Shown here in pieces: positions 1 through 8,676 of a stretch of DNA of 59,983 bases; positions within the stretch are counted from its first letter, which is position 1; every line of letters begins with the position of its first letter. The stretch comes from Thermoanaerobaculia bacterium (GTDB lineage Bacteria > Acidobacteriota > Thermoanaerobaculia > UBA5066). The stretch lies in contig DASVJU010000202.1 in assembly GCA_036385755.1 (NCBI GenBank), positions 1-59,983 of the forward strand, read 5' to 3'. Made by a program: the position numbers and the translations under genes. A model generated the notes under the pieces. The model did not search any database. It was not told where the DNA came from and was given only the letters and a program-made list of their open reading frames with translations.

Positions 1-215
1 TCGCTCTCGGTCGTCGCGACGACCGTGTCGATCGTGGCGAACTCGGCGAGGAGCGCCTCGGTCTTCGGGTGTTTCGGCGCCGTGCCGAAATAAGAGGCGA
101 GCCGCTTGCGGATCGACCGGGCCTTCCCGACGTAGAGGATCTTCCCTTTCGCGTCCTTGTAGAGATAGATCCCCGGCTGGTCGGGATAGAGGGAGAGATC
201 GGGAGACACGCCCAC
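1..215 (-). CDS. uvrC: excinuclease ABC subunit C (UvrC), N-terminal GIY-YIG fragment running off the left edge
   Basis: Not in the ORF track because it is edge-truncated. Manual reverse translation from GTG 215 gives VGVSPDLSLYPDQPGIYLYKDAKGKILYVGKARSIRKRLASYFGTAPKHPKTEALLAEFATIDTVVATTES, the canonical GIY...YVGKA...R..SYF nuclease motif. The start could be GTG 215 or GTG 209. Confidence 0.75.
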   Translation of the reverse strand, partial: MGVSPDLSLYPDQPGIYLYKDAKGKILYVGKARSIRKRLASYFGTAPKHPKTEALLAEFATIDTVVATTES

Positions 216-283
216 GGGTGCGATTCTACGGAGCGTGTCCGACTCCCGCTCCGGCGGATGTCCCGTCGGAGCGGCCGGGACCG

Positions 284-1930
284 CTAGAACACCTTGCCGA
301 GCCGCGAGGCGAGCGTCGAGACCTTCACGTAGCCGAAGAAGCGCCCGCTGCCGAGGAGACCGAGCGCGGCCGGGACCTTCGTCCGCGGGTCGTTCGAGTA
401 GAGGGTTCCGAACGCCCTCTTCGTGAAGGTGTGGAAAGCCGAGTCGTACGGATACCACCATGGCATGGCGGCGGCGTTGCCCATGTCCACGCTCACGTGC
501 TTGATGTTGACGAGCTCGTGGAGGCCGAAGGCCGCGTGGCTGCGCCCGACACCCGACTTCTTGACGCCGCCCCAGGTCGCCGTGGGCTCGCCGAACGAGA
601 ACAAGTGATCGTTGATGGTGACCGTGCCGGCGTGCAGCTCCTCGGCGAGGCGCCGCGCCGTCCGCCGCGAGCGCGTCCAGCCGGACGCCGTGAGGCCGAA
701 CTCCGATTCGTTCGCGAGGCGGATCGCCTCCTCGAGGGAATCGACGACCATGACGGGCAGGAGGGGGCCGAACGTCTCCTCGTGCATGCAGCGCATCGAG
801 TGGTCGACGTTCGTCAGGACGGTCGGCGGGTACCACCAGCCTTTCGCGCGCGGCCGCTGGCCGCCCGTCAGGATCTTCGCGCCCTTCGCCTTCGCGTCCG
901 CCACGTGGGCTTCGACGAGGGCGCGCTGCGCCTCCGTCGTGAGCGGGCCCATGTCGGTCGTGGACGAGAGCGGGTCGCCGAGCCTCAGCGCCTTCGCCTT
1001 CGCGACGACTTTTCCGAGGAACTCCTCGGCGACGTCCTTCACGACGTAGACGCGCTCGACGGACCCGCAGGCCTGCCCCGCGTTCACGAACGCGCCCCAG
1101 ACGAGGCCCGACGACGCGCGGTCGAGGTCTGCGTCCGCCGCGACGACGGCAGGGTCCTTGCCGCCGAGCTCGAGGACGACACTCGTGAGGTTCTTCGCGG
1201 CCCGTTGCATGACGCCGATTCCCGTCTCCACGGCACCCGTGAAGAGGACCTTCGAGATCCCCGCGTGCTCCACGAGGCGATTCGTGTCCTCGCCGCCCGC
1301 GGTCACGACGTTTACGACGCCGGGCGGGATGCCCGCGCGCCGGCAGAGGTCGCCGACGGCGAGGCCCGTGAGCGCGGTCGCCGAGGCGGGCTTGAGGACG
1401 ACCGTGTCCCCCGCCGCGAGGCACGCGGCCACCTCGACGAACGGAATCCCGAACGGGAAATTCCACGGCGTGACGATCGCGACGACGCCGAGAGGCTCAA
1501 ACCGGACGAGACCCGACTTGTGGGAGAAGAGGATCTGCGCGTAGTCAACCGACCGCTCGGCGAGGATCTTGCCCGCATGCCGCGAGAGGTACCGGAGCGT
1601 GTCCGCGGCCGGGACGATGTCCACGGCTCGCGCCTCGCCGACCGGCTTGCCCTGCTCGGTCGCGATGAGCCGGGCGACGTCCTCGTGCGATTTCCGGACC
1701 TCCTCGAGCAGGCGCGCGAGGAGGCGCTGGCGCACGGCAATGGGCGTCGTCGACCACGAGAGGAACGCCTTGCGGGCCGAGGCGACGGCGGCGTCGATCT
1801 CGGCGGGTCCGGCGCGGAAGACGTCCGCGAAGGGCTCGCCCGTCGCCGGGTTCACGGCCTTGAACGTCCTTCCGGTGTCGACGTCCCGCCCGTCGATGAT
1901 CGGCTTGTTCGTGAACGCGCGCTTCTTCAA
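284..1930 (-). CDS. aldehyde dehydrogenase family protein with an extended C-terminal tail
   Basis: 548-aa track ORF. ALDH motifs VTPWNFPF, VVLKPAS, ELGGKDP, catalytic-Cys segment NAGQACGSVERVYV and EETFGPLLPV. An extra ~60-aa tail (PWWYPYDSAFH...) follows. Confidence 0.9.
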   Translation of the reverse strand: MKKRAFTNKPIIDGRDVDTGRTFKAVNPATGEPFADVFRAGPAEIDAAVASARKAFLSWSTTPIAVRQRLLARLLEEVRKSHEDVARLIATEQGKPVGEARAVDIVPAADTLRYLSRHAGKILAERSVDYAQILFSHKSGLVRFEPLGVVAIVTPWNFPFGIPFVEVAACLAAGDTVVLKPASATALTGLAVGDLCRRAGIPPGVVNVVTAGGEDTNRLVEHAGISKVLFTGAVETGIGVMQRAAKNLTSVVLELGGKDPAVVAADADLDRASSGLVWGAFVNAGQACGSVERVYVVKDVAEEFLGKVVAKAKALRLGDPLSSTTDMGPLTTEAQRALVEAHVADAKAKGAKILTGGQRPRAKGWWYPPTVLTNVDHSMRCMHEETFGPLLPVMVVDSLEEAIRLANESEFGLTASGWTRSRRTARRLAEELHAGTVTINDHLFSFGEPTATWGGVKKSGVGRSHAAFGLHELVNIKHVSVDMGNAAAMPWWYPYDSAFHTFTKRAFGTLYSNDPRTKVPAALGLLGSGRFFGYVKVSTLASRLGKVF

Positions 1931-1940
1931 GGCATCGTCC

Positions 1941-3068
1941 TCAAATCATCGCTCCGCGCGTGATGGCGTCCTTCTTCGTGCGCCAGAACGCCACGAGGCA
2001 CTGGACGTAGTCGGCGAAAGGCGGGCAGGCGACGTCGAAGCGGGCGAGGTCCTTCGTGGCCTGCTTCGCTTCGTAGTGCACCGGATGATCGAAGTAGTCG
2101 AGTGACTGGACGGGCATTCCGAACGCCTTCTGGATCTGTTTCGGCGCGAAGAGCAGCTTCGCGACGAGGAGAGGCACCGGGATGTAAAGGAAGGACTTGC
2201 CGAGCGCCTTCGCGAACATCTCCTCGATCTCGAAGGCCGTCGCAGGGCGCGGGTCCGTCAGATGGTAGGTCTTTCCGATCGCGCCCGGCCACGTCGAGAG
2301 GCGGGCGATCGACTCGAGTACGAAGTCCACAGGAACGAGGTTCACCTCCGCGTCGCCCGTCCCCACCTTGATGAAGGCGCCGGGGGACGGGAGCACGCCC
2401 ATCGCGTTCAGGGAGAAGTAGGGGCCGTCGAACTTCGCCGTTTCCCCGGTCTTCGAGTTTCCAACCACGATTCCGGGACGGTAGATCGCGGCGGGAATCC
2501 CGCTCTCCTTGACGGCCACTTCGGCGAGGAACTTCGTCTCCTCGTAGAAATTCTTGAACTTCTGTCCGACGTCGAGGTCGGTTTCGCGATACGTCCCGAC
2601 GGCGGTGCCCGACACGTAGGCCGTCGAGACGTAGTCGAGGCGCTCGAAGGCGGAAGCGCCTCCGAGGAATTCCAGGACGTTCTTCGTGCCCTCGACGTTG
2701 ATCCGGAGACCCACGTCGCGCGCCACCGCCAGGTCGTAAACGGCGGCGAGGTGGAAGCAGCCCGCGAGATCCTTCAGGAGAGACTTCGCCTGGGACGCCG
2801 CGAGCCCGAGACCGGGCGACGTGATGTCGCCCGTCACGAGGCGGATGCGGCCCTTCGTGTGGGGGTGCGACGCGCCAAGCGCCGCGACCGAGGCGTCGGC
2901 GGCCGAGAGGAACTTCTCCTGGACGAGGCACTGGAAGGTCGCCTCGGGGCGGAGCTCGAGGAGGCGCGGAATGAGCCGGGCCCCGATGAAACCGGGAAAC
3001 CCGGTGAAGAGGATGGTCCCGCCGGTGGAGCGTTCGGAGGCGGGCTTCCGGGTCTTGCGCGTAGCCAT
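1941..3068 (-). CDS. NAD(P)-dependent extended SDR (epimerase / thioester-reductase-like)
   Basis: 375 aa. Rossmann motif ILFTGFPGFIGARL (GxxGxxG) and catalytic YxxxK (YEETK). ATG at 3066-3068. Lies 10 nt upstream of the ALDH gene. Confidence 0.8.
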   Translation of the reverse strand: MATRKTRKPASERSTGGTILFTGFPGFIGARLIPRLLELRPEATFQCLVQEKFLSAADASVAALGASHPHTKGRIRLVTGDITSPGLGLAASQAKSLLKDLAGCFHLAAVYDLAVARDVGLRINVEGTKNVLEFLGGASAFERLDYVSTAYVSGTAVGTYRETDLDVGQKFKNFYEETKFLAEVAVKESGIPAAIYRPGIVVGNSKTGETAKFDGPYFSLNAMGVLPSPGAFIKVGTGDAEVNLVPVDFVLESIARLSTWPGAIGKTYHLTDPRPATAFEIEEMFAKALGKSFLYIPVPLLVAKLLFAPKQIQKAFGMPVQSLDYFDHPVHYEAKQATKDLARFDVACPPFADYVQCLVAFWRTKKDAITRGAMI

Positions 3069-3136
3069 TTGGGTGGAAGTCTACTGCCGGCGCAGACGAG
3101 CCGTTTTCCCCCGCGTCTGCGACGGAGTCGCGCCGG

Positions 3137-4183
3137 TCAGCGCTTCGGCTCGGGCGCCGGTGCCGGCACCGCGGCGGCCGGAAGGGGCGCCTTGCCGAGC
3201 AGGAAGTTCACCATCTCGTTTACGTTCATCGTGGAGACGTTCGAACCCGGGACGATGAGGATCTTCTTCTGCGCGAACTGCCGCGCGACCTGCATCTTCA
3301 CGTACGCGTCGCCGCCGAGCTTGGAGAGCGCCTCGGCCTCCTTGCGGACGCCTTCGGCCTCCGCCTGAGCGACCGCGATCGTGGCCTTGGCCTGGTTCGT
3401 CTTCGTCTGGTAGTAGCCGTCCGCCTCGTTCCGGATGCGCCCGGCCTCGCCGAGAGCGTCCTCGAGGCGCTTGTTCCACTCGGAGCGCTTCCCTTCCAGC
3501 TCGCTCTGCTTCTGGACTGCCATGTTCTTCTGCTGCTCGATGAGCGTCTGGACGTCCGCCTCGGCCTGTTTCTGGGCGTTGATGGCGTCCTGGTACTCCT
3601 TGTCGAACCGGTGCTGCTGGACCTGGAGCTGGTCGATGAAGACCCCGAACGGAGCGAGCTCCTTCGAGAGCTGGTCCTTCGCGCTCGCGGCCATGCGGTT
3701 CTTCACCGTGACCTGGTAGTACTCCTCGCTCGTGATCTCGTTGAACACGTCCCGGATGATGGAGCGCGAGATCGGCCGGACGAGGCGCTCCTTGATCTCG
3801 AGCGCCGACTGTCCGATGTGCGAGATGAGGTAGTCCGCCTTCTTGGGGTCGATGCGCCACATGACGTTCACGTCGATGTAGACGTTGTTGCCGTCCTTCG
3901 TCTTGAACGTGATGTCGTCGCGGCCCAGCCGGTCGCCCTCGCTCGCGTTCGCGGTCATGAAGAGGTTCTGCTGCGAAATCGGGAGCGTGGCCCAGCTGTT
4001 GATGACGGGCAGGAAGAAGTAGACGCCGCCGGGCGGGTAGACCTCCTGCGTCCCGCGCTTTTCGAAGAACCAGACGAGGCGCGTGCGGACGCCGACTTCC
4101 GTCGAGGTCGTCGCCCCGCAGCCCGAGAGCGTGAAGGCGAGCACGAGCGCCGCCCCCGCGCGGAGAGACCGGGCGCGCGTCAC
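3137..4183 (-). CDS. SPFH/Band-7 domain lipoprotein (HflC-like)
   Basis: 348 aa. Lipobox LAFTLSGC, then an SPFH core (DDITFKTKDGNNVYIDVNVMWRI...) and a Q/A/E-rich coiled coil. The GTG start overlaps the upstream stop (GTGA, 4180-4183). Confidence 0.85.
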   Translation of the reverse strand: MTRARSLRAGAALVLAFTLSGCGATTSTEVGVRTRLVWFFEKRGTQEVYPPGGVYFFLPVINSWATLPISQQNLFMTANASEGDRLGRDDITFKTKDGNNVYIDVNVMWRIDPKKADYLISHIGQSALEIKERLVRPISRSIIRDVFNEITSEEYYQVTVKNRMAASAKDQLSKELAPFGVFIDQLQVQQHRFDKEYQDAINAQKQAEADVQTLIEQQKNMAVQKQSELEGKRSEWNKRLEDALGEAGRIRNEADGYYQTKTNQAKATIAVAQAEAEGVRKEAEALSKLGGDAYVKMQVARQFAQKKILIVPGSNVSTMNVNEMVNFLLGKAPLPAAAVPAPAPEPKR

Positions 4184-5280
4184 TTTCCACCCCCGGCCGG
4201 GGCGTTTCCCGGGTTGACGCCGATGACGCTCCAGGAGTTCCGGATGAACGCGATGTACTGCTCGGGCGTCATCACGGCGCCCTCGATGTTCTCGAACATT
4301 TTCGCCGTCTCGAGCGCGACGACGTAGCGCCCTCCCGAGGAGTTGAGCGCGTCGGCTTTCAGCCTTTTGGCCTCGGCGGCGGCGACGTTGATCTCCTTGT
4401 CGCCCTTCGAGCGCACCTGCGAGGAATAGAGCTCGGCCTCCGCGCGGATCTTCGAGATCTTCGCGCTCACCTCGGACTCGGCGATCGTGATCGCGGCGTT
4501 GCCCTTGGACTCGATCTGTCCGAGCTTCGCCTTCTCCTCGTTGACGAGGCTCTCCTTGCGGTTTTTCTCGGCGAGCTGGACGGCGACCTTCTTGTCGTGG
4601 AGCGACTTCTCGTAGGCCGGCACGTAGGCATAGTTCCGGAGGAGAAGCTTCTCGACCCGGAAGCCCCGCTCGGCGAAGCGCTCCTTGAGCGTCTTCTCCG
4701 CCTCGAGGACGGCCGCGATGCGGATCGCCTCGTTGTAGAAGGACTCGGCGTTCATTTTCCCGAGCGTCGTCAGGACGCCGTTCTGGAACGTGTTGATGAC
4801 GAACGCCTGGACGTAGAGCGTCCCCCAGCCGAACTCCTTCGCGACCTGCACGGGGTCCGCGATCGAGTAGAGGAGCGTGACGTCCGCGCTCACGGCGTAG
4901 CCGTCGGACGTCTGGACGTTGATCGCGTCGGTGGTCCGGTGCGTCTCGCGCCCGAGGACCTTCTCGCGGAGGCGCGCGCGCTCGCTGGACTCGCTCTGGG
5001 TGCCGGCCGCCTCGAGGACGTGCATCTCCCGCGAGAACGTGTGCATCGTGACGCCGGGCCCGACCACGTAGAGGCCCGGTCCGAACGTCTTCTCCACGAT
5101 TCCAACCTTGAAGCCGAACTTCCGCTGCTCGACCCCCATCTCGTTGGGAAGGACGCGGACCGTACAGGCCGTGTAGAGGAAGACCACGGCGACGACGCCG
5201 AGGACGCCCGTGATGCCGAGACGCTTCACGGACGTCTTGATCGCGTCGAGCGCGGTCCTCTTGCCGGAGACCTCCACCAT
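4180..5280 (-). CDS. membrane-anchored SPFH/Band-7 domain protein (HflK-like)
   Basis: Track ORF 4180..5586 trimmed to ATG 5280 (MVEVSGKRT...). The longer N-terminus is Arg/Gly-rich and overlaps the previous gene. Has an N-terminal TM (ITGVLGVVAVVFLYTA), an SPFH core and a C-terminal coiled coil. 366 aa. Confidence 0.85.
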   Translation of the reverse strand: MVEVSGKRTALDAIKTSVKRLGITGVLGVVAVVFLYTACTVRVLPNEMGVEQRKFGFKVGIVEKTFGPGLYVVGPGVTMHTFSREMHVLEAAGTQSESSERARLREKVLGRETHRTTDAINVQTSDGYAVSADVTLLYSIADPVQVAKEFGWGTLYVQAFVINTFQNGVLTTLGKMNAESFYNEAIRIAAVLEAEKTLKERFAERGFRVEKLLLRNYAYVPAYEKSLHDKKVAVQLAEKNRKESLVNEEKAKLGQIESKGNAAITIAESEVSAKISKIRAEAELYSSQVRSKGDKEINVAAAEAKRLKADALNSSGGRYVVALETAKMFENIEGAVMTPEQYIAFIRNSWSVIGVNPGNAPAGGGK

Positions 5281-5981
5281 CACGAGCCTCCCTCCATCGT
5301 CTTCTGAGCCCGCGACTGCGCCGCCCGGACGCCGGCGTCCGGCGCCGCGGTCTCGGCCGTTTCGCCGCCCGTCAGGTAGTGCGAGTCGATGCGGGCGATC
5401 TCGTCGTCGGCCCTTGCGACCACCCGGTTCAGCTCCCCTTCGTACTGCCGGACCACGAGGTACTTCCTCACGTTCGGGAAGACGAGGCCCGCGAGCATGA
5501 ACGGGATGATCCACTCCTTGGACCAGAGCGGGATGAACGGGGCGAGGATGACGAGCGCGCCGACGACGACGCCGGCGACCGCCCACCCGAAGCGCTCGAG
5601 CCCGTGAAACGGCTCGGCCGCGAGGTAGAAGTCGTTCCGCTCGCGGGGCGTGAACTTCGACGCGAGGCGCACGTATGCGGGGATCACGACCTTGCGGATC
5701 AGGTCGTCCACATTCCGGAAGAACGCGTCCCGGACGGGGGCGTCCAGGAGCGACTCCTCTCGGCGGATGACGTCCTTGAGGCGCGGGATCTCCTTTTCGT
5801 AGAGGCCCGTGAAGAACTCCTCCGGCGCCTCGCCCTGCACTCCGAGAAGCCGGTCGTTCAGCCCGGGCCGGCAGTTCTCGAAGGACTGTAGGAGCGAGTC
5901 CACGAACCCGTCCAGGGTCCGGATGGGGGCGGAGGGGCCGCGGGCCAGCATCCGCAGGGCGCGCGCGATCGTCGTGTTCAC
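5280..5981 (-). CDS. hypothetical two-TM membrane protein
   Basis: 233 aa. Soluble N-domain, hydrophobic segments WAVAGVVVGALVILAPFIPLW and IIPFMLAGLVFP, and a charged tail. No family recognised. Its stop shares 1 nt with the next start (TGATG). Confidence 0.7.
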   Translation of the reverse strand: MNTTIARALRMLARGPSAPIRTLDGFVDSLLQSFENCRPGLNDRLLGVQGEAPEEFFTGLYEKEIPRLKDVIRREESLLDAPVRDAFFRNVDDLIRKVVIPAYVRLASKFTPRERNDFYLAAEPFHGLERFGWAVAGVVVGALVILAPFIPLWSKEWIIPFMLAGLVFPNVRKYLVVRQYEGELNRVVARADDEIARIDSHYLTGGETAETAAPDAGVRAAQSRAQKTMEGGS

Positions 5982-6026
5982 GGTGCGGCGGATTCTATCG
6001 CCAGGACGTGAAGGAGGCGCGCCGTG

Positions 6027-7739
6027 TCAGCGACGGCTGCCGACGGTCGCTCGGAGGAGGCGCAGCCTCGCGTCCAGCTCCTCCGGGGTCATGTTCGCGT
6101 ACTTGGCGGGCAGGAGGCGGCGGCTGGAGGATTCGAACACCGCCAGCAATTCCATGTACTCCAGAAGCTCGACGTCGCGGCTCGGGAAGTAGTCGTGAGC
6201 GGCGTTCGTGAAGTGCTTTGCCTTCACTTCCGCGTCGCCACTCTGCTGCGGGGGCCCATTCGGAGCCCCCGCGCCCCCTGCCTCCTGCGCCGCGTCGTCG
6301 TTCGCCATCAGGATGACCGCCTCGACATCCGCGTTCGAGTAGCCCACGAGCTTTCTCGAGAAGTCCTCGCGCAGCGCCGTGAAGTCGACCTTCGTCGAGA
6401 TGTGGTTTTTCTTCACCTGCGCCCGAGCGACGTTCTCCACCTCCTCCGGCGTCTGCGAATAGAGGAAGGGGATCTTCTTGTCGAGGCGGCCGGCGCGCTT
6501 GAGGTCCACGTCCAGCTTGTCGGGACGGTTCGTCATGACGAGAAAAAGGATGCGTCCCCGGTTCGACGTGTCGGACATGAACTCCTTGATGCGCGCGATG
6601 ACGCGCGAGGAGGTGCCGCCGTCGGACTCGCCCTCGCCGGACCCGAACGCGCGGTCGCCCTCGTCGATGATGACGACGACCTGCCCGATGGCCTTGATGA
6701 CGTTCAGGATTTTCTCGAGGTTCCCCTCCGTCGCGCCCACCCACTTGCTGCGGAAGTTCTTCAGCTTGATGGTGGTGAGGCCGCACTCCTTCGCGAACGC
6801 CTCCGCCACGAACGTCTTGCCGGTGCCCATCGGCCCCGTGAAGAGGATGCCCATGGGCACACGGCTCGTCCGGCACTCGCGGATGTTCTCGGCGATGAGC
6901 ATGAGGTCTTTCTTGACCTCTTCCATTCCGCCCACGACCTCGAATCCGTGCTCGGGCACGACGAACTCCACGAGGCCGAAGCACTCGCGCTCGAGGATCT
7001 CGCGCTTCCGGATCCCGATGAGCCGGTCTGCCTCCTGCCGGTCGGCGTCCGTCATGCCGGCGGAGAGAAGGCTCGTGATCTGGATGGCCTTCAGCCCCGC
7101 GGTCTGGCCCGCATAGCGGTCCGCGTCTTTCTGGGAAAGATCGGGGTCCGCCTGCTTCGCCGCCTGGCCGCGAGTGGCCGCGTCCGGCATCGGGACTTCG
7201 ACCACGGCGACTTTGGGGTTGGAGAGGAGCTTCGGCGAGAGGTCCGTCAGGTTCTCCGCCACGAGGAGCACCACGTTGTCGCCCTTCTCGATCTCGGGCA
7301 GGAACGACCAACGGTGAAGCGTGACGAGCGCGGCGCGATCAGAGTCGCCCTGGAAGGCCGGATCGCCCGTGGGCGCGAGCGCCTCGGCGTACTCGAGGAC
7401 GACCGCCGTCTTGTTCGACGCCGAGAGGAGCTTCTCGAGGGCCGGCAGGACACGGTCCTTCTGCGTGACGCCGACGAGGTCGTCCATCGCGTCCGCAAAC
7501 TGCCCCCTCTTCGTGAACCGGACCCCGGTGGAGACGTTATAGAGCAGCACGGCGTCCTTCGAGTCTTTCAGGAGAACGTCCGTCAGGAAATTCGAGAGCG
7601 AGAGCATCTTCCCGCCGTACAGCACGACGTCGTAGACGTTCCCGTGCAGGACGAACATGGACGCCTCGTTCCGCAGGTACCGGCGGCGGAGGTCCTCGGC
7701 CCAGGCCGGGAGCACCCGCGCGGGCGAAGTCTCGACCAC
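6027..7739 (-). CDS. classical-clade AAA+ ATPase with a degenerate N-terminal AAA-like half; no TM or protease domain
   Basis: 570 aa. Walker A GPMGTGKT, Walker B VVIIDEGD and SRH region [22 protein letters not shown] in the C-terminal half. The N-terminal ~270 aa are fold-like but motif-less ([22 protein letters not shown]). Confidence 0.9.
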   Translation of the reverse strand: MVETSPARVLPAWAEDLRRRYLRNEASMFVLHGNVYDVVLYGGKMLSLSNFLTDVLLKDSKDAVLLYNVSTGVRFTKRGQFADAMDDLVGVTQKDRVLPALEKLLSASNKTAVVLEYAEALAPTGDPAFQGDSDRAALVTLHRWSFLPEIEKGDNVVLLVAENLTDLSPKLLSNPKVAVVEVPMPDAATRGQAAKQADPDLSQKDADRYAGQTAGLKAIQITSLLSAGMTDADRQEADRLIGIRKREILERECFGLVEFVVPEHGFEVVGGMEEVKKDLMLIAENIRECRTSRVPMGILFTGPMGTGKTFVAEAFAKECGLTTIKLKNFRSKWVGATEGNLEKILNVIKAIGQVVVIIDEGDRAFGSGEGESDGGTSSRVIARIKEFMSDTSNRGRILFLVMTNRPDKLDVDLKRAGRLDKKIPFLYSQTPEEVENVARAQVKKNHISTKVDFTALREDFSRKLVGYSNADVEAVILMANDDAAQEAGGAGAPNGPPQQSGDAEVKAKHFTNAAHDYFPSRDVELLEYMELLAVFESSSRRLLPAKYANMTPEELDARLRLLRATVGSRR

Positions 7740-7740
7740 G

Positions 7741-8667
7741 TCACATCTCCCGTTCGACGCCCATGCCGTTCAGGATCTTCTCCGTGTCCTGTGCGGTCTG
7801 GCGTATGGCTTCGACGCCGTCGAGCAGCTCGTCGAGCTGGCCCGAGAGCTCCTGTGGCGATTGCATGGTGACGATCTGGTCCGCGATGAGCTGGAAGGAG
7901 TTCTCGATGAGGTCGAGCTGGCCGCGGGCCACGCTCAGGTAGCTCCGGATCTCCTGCACCTTTTCGAGCCGCCGCAAAACGACCGAGAGGTTCTTCTTCG
8001 CGATCGTGGTCCTGGGGTCGGTGGCATCGCCGCCCTTGGACGACTGCTCATACCGGCGGCGGTCCTTGTCCAGCGCGTCGGTGTCTATCGAGCCGAGGTA
8101 GGACTCGTAGCGCGCGCACGTGACTGCCATGTCCACGAACGCATCGACGAGCCGGTCGGTCTTCACGAGCTCGCTGCGAAGCAGATCTCCGGTGAAGGAC
8201 GGGTTCTGCGCCGCAAGGCGCCGGATCTCCTCCTGGCGCGCCACGAGCGCGTTGACGCGCTGGTGCTCCTCGTCGCCCACGGTGGCGAGTCGCCGCGCGC
8301 GCTCCTGTGCCTGCAGAGCGCTCTTGAGCTTCTCGAATTTCGGGTCCCAGAGGATGTGCTTCAGGCGCTCGTTGTCCGGCGCGTGGAGGAGCCACAGGCC
8401 TTCGAGGCCGAGCGCCACCACCGCGAGGACGGGATTCAGCGTGAGGCCCGCCGCGGCGAGCGCGCCGGTGAAGAGCGACAGGTTGTACGGGTTCGTGAAG
8501 GCCATCTTCAGGTAGGGATTCCTGTCGAGAACCGCGCCCTTCGCGAACTGGCGCGCGGCGTCGCCGATGCCTTCCTGCACCGAGGGCGCGACCGGGGCCG
8601 CCGCCGTTTTCGGCGCGGCTTTCACGGGCGTCTTCGGCGTTTCGATATTTCCCATGGGTCGACCCAA
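7741..8667 (-). CDS. hypothetical membrane-hairpin / coiled-coil protein
   Basis: 308 aa. A/P-rich N-tail, hydrophobic hairpin LSLFTGALAAAGLTLNPVLAVVALGLEGLWLL, then ~200 aa of helical, heptad-like sequence. Lies 1 nt upstream of the AAA+ gene. Confidence 0.7.
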   Translation of the reverse strand: MGRPMGNIETPKTPVKAAPKTAAAPVAPSVQEGIGDAARQFAKGAVLDRNPYLKMAFTNPYNLSLFTGALAAAGLTLNPVLAVVALGLEGLWLLHAPDNERLKHILWDPKFEKLKSALQAQERARRLATVGDEEHQRVNALVARQEEIRRLAAQNPSFTGDLLRSELVKTDRLVDAFVDMAVTCARYESYLGSIDTDALDKDRRRYEQSSKGGDATDPRTTIAKKNLSVVLRRLEKVQEIRSYLSVARGQLDLIENSFQLIADQIVTMQSPQELSGQLDELLDGVEAIRQTAQDTEKILNGMGVEREM

Positions 8668-8676
8668 TGATGCGCC

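Noticed and set aside
218-1963. Long alternative-frame or antisense ORFs in the track, for example 218..1963 +, 6024..7871 +, 18044..20305 +, 19714..21804 +, 38788..40509 -, 52259..54343 -, 55029..57053 + and 57045..58718 -.
   Set aside because: Their translations are Arg/Ala/Gly/Pro/Asp-rich and low in complexity, with no recognisable motifs. Each lies opposite, or in another frame of, a gene with clear family signatures. This is the typical high-GC open-frame artefact.
3091-3121. An intrinsic terminator after the SPFH lipoprotein gene (CGCAGACG-N15-CGTCTGCG).
   Set aside because: The stem is only 8 bp with a large 15-nt loop and no U-tract on the minus strand. That is insufficient to call a terminator. 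It is noted only as a possible operon boundary.
4180-5586. Long N-terminal extensions of track ORFs: 4180..5586, 8677..10272, 12041..12877, 15892..17565, 22044..24227, 33755..34486, 35320..37179, 37256..38950, 38398..41823, 41480..42334, 42402..44099 and 49143..50948.
   Set aside because: The extensions overlap the upstream gene in another frame and are compositionally junk. Internal ATG or GTG starts coincide with conserved N-termini, RBS-like purine runs or NTGA coupling overlaps, so the starts were trimmed.
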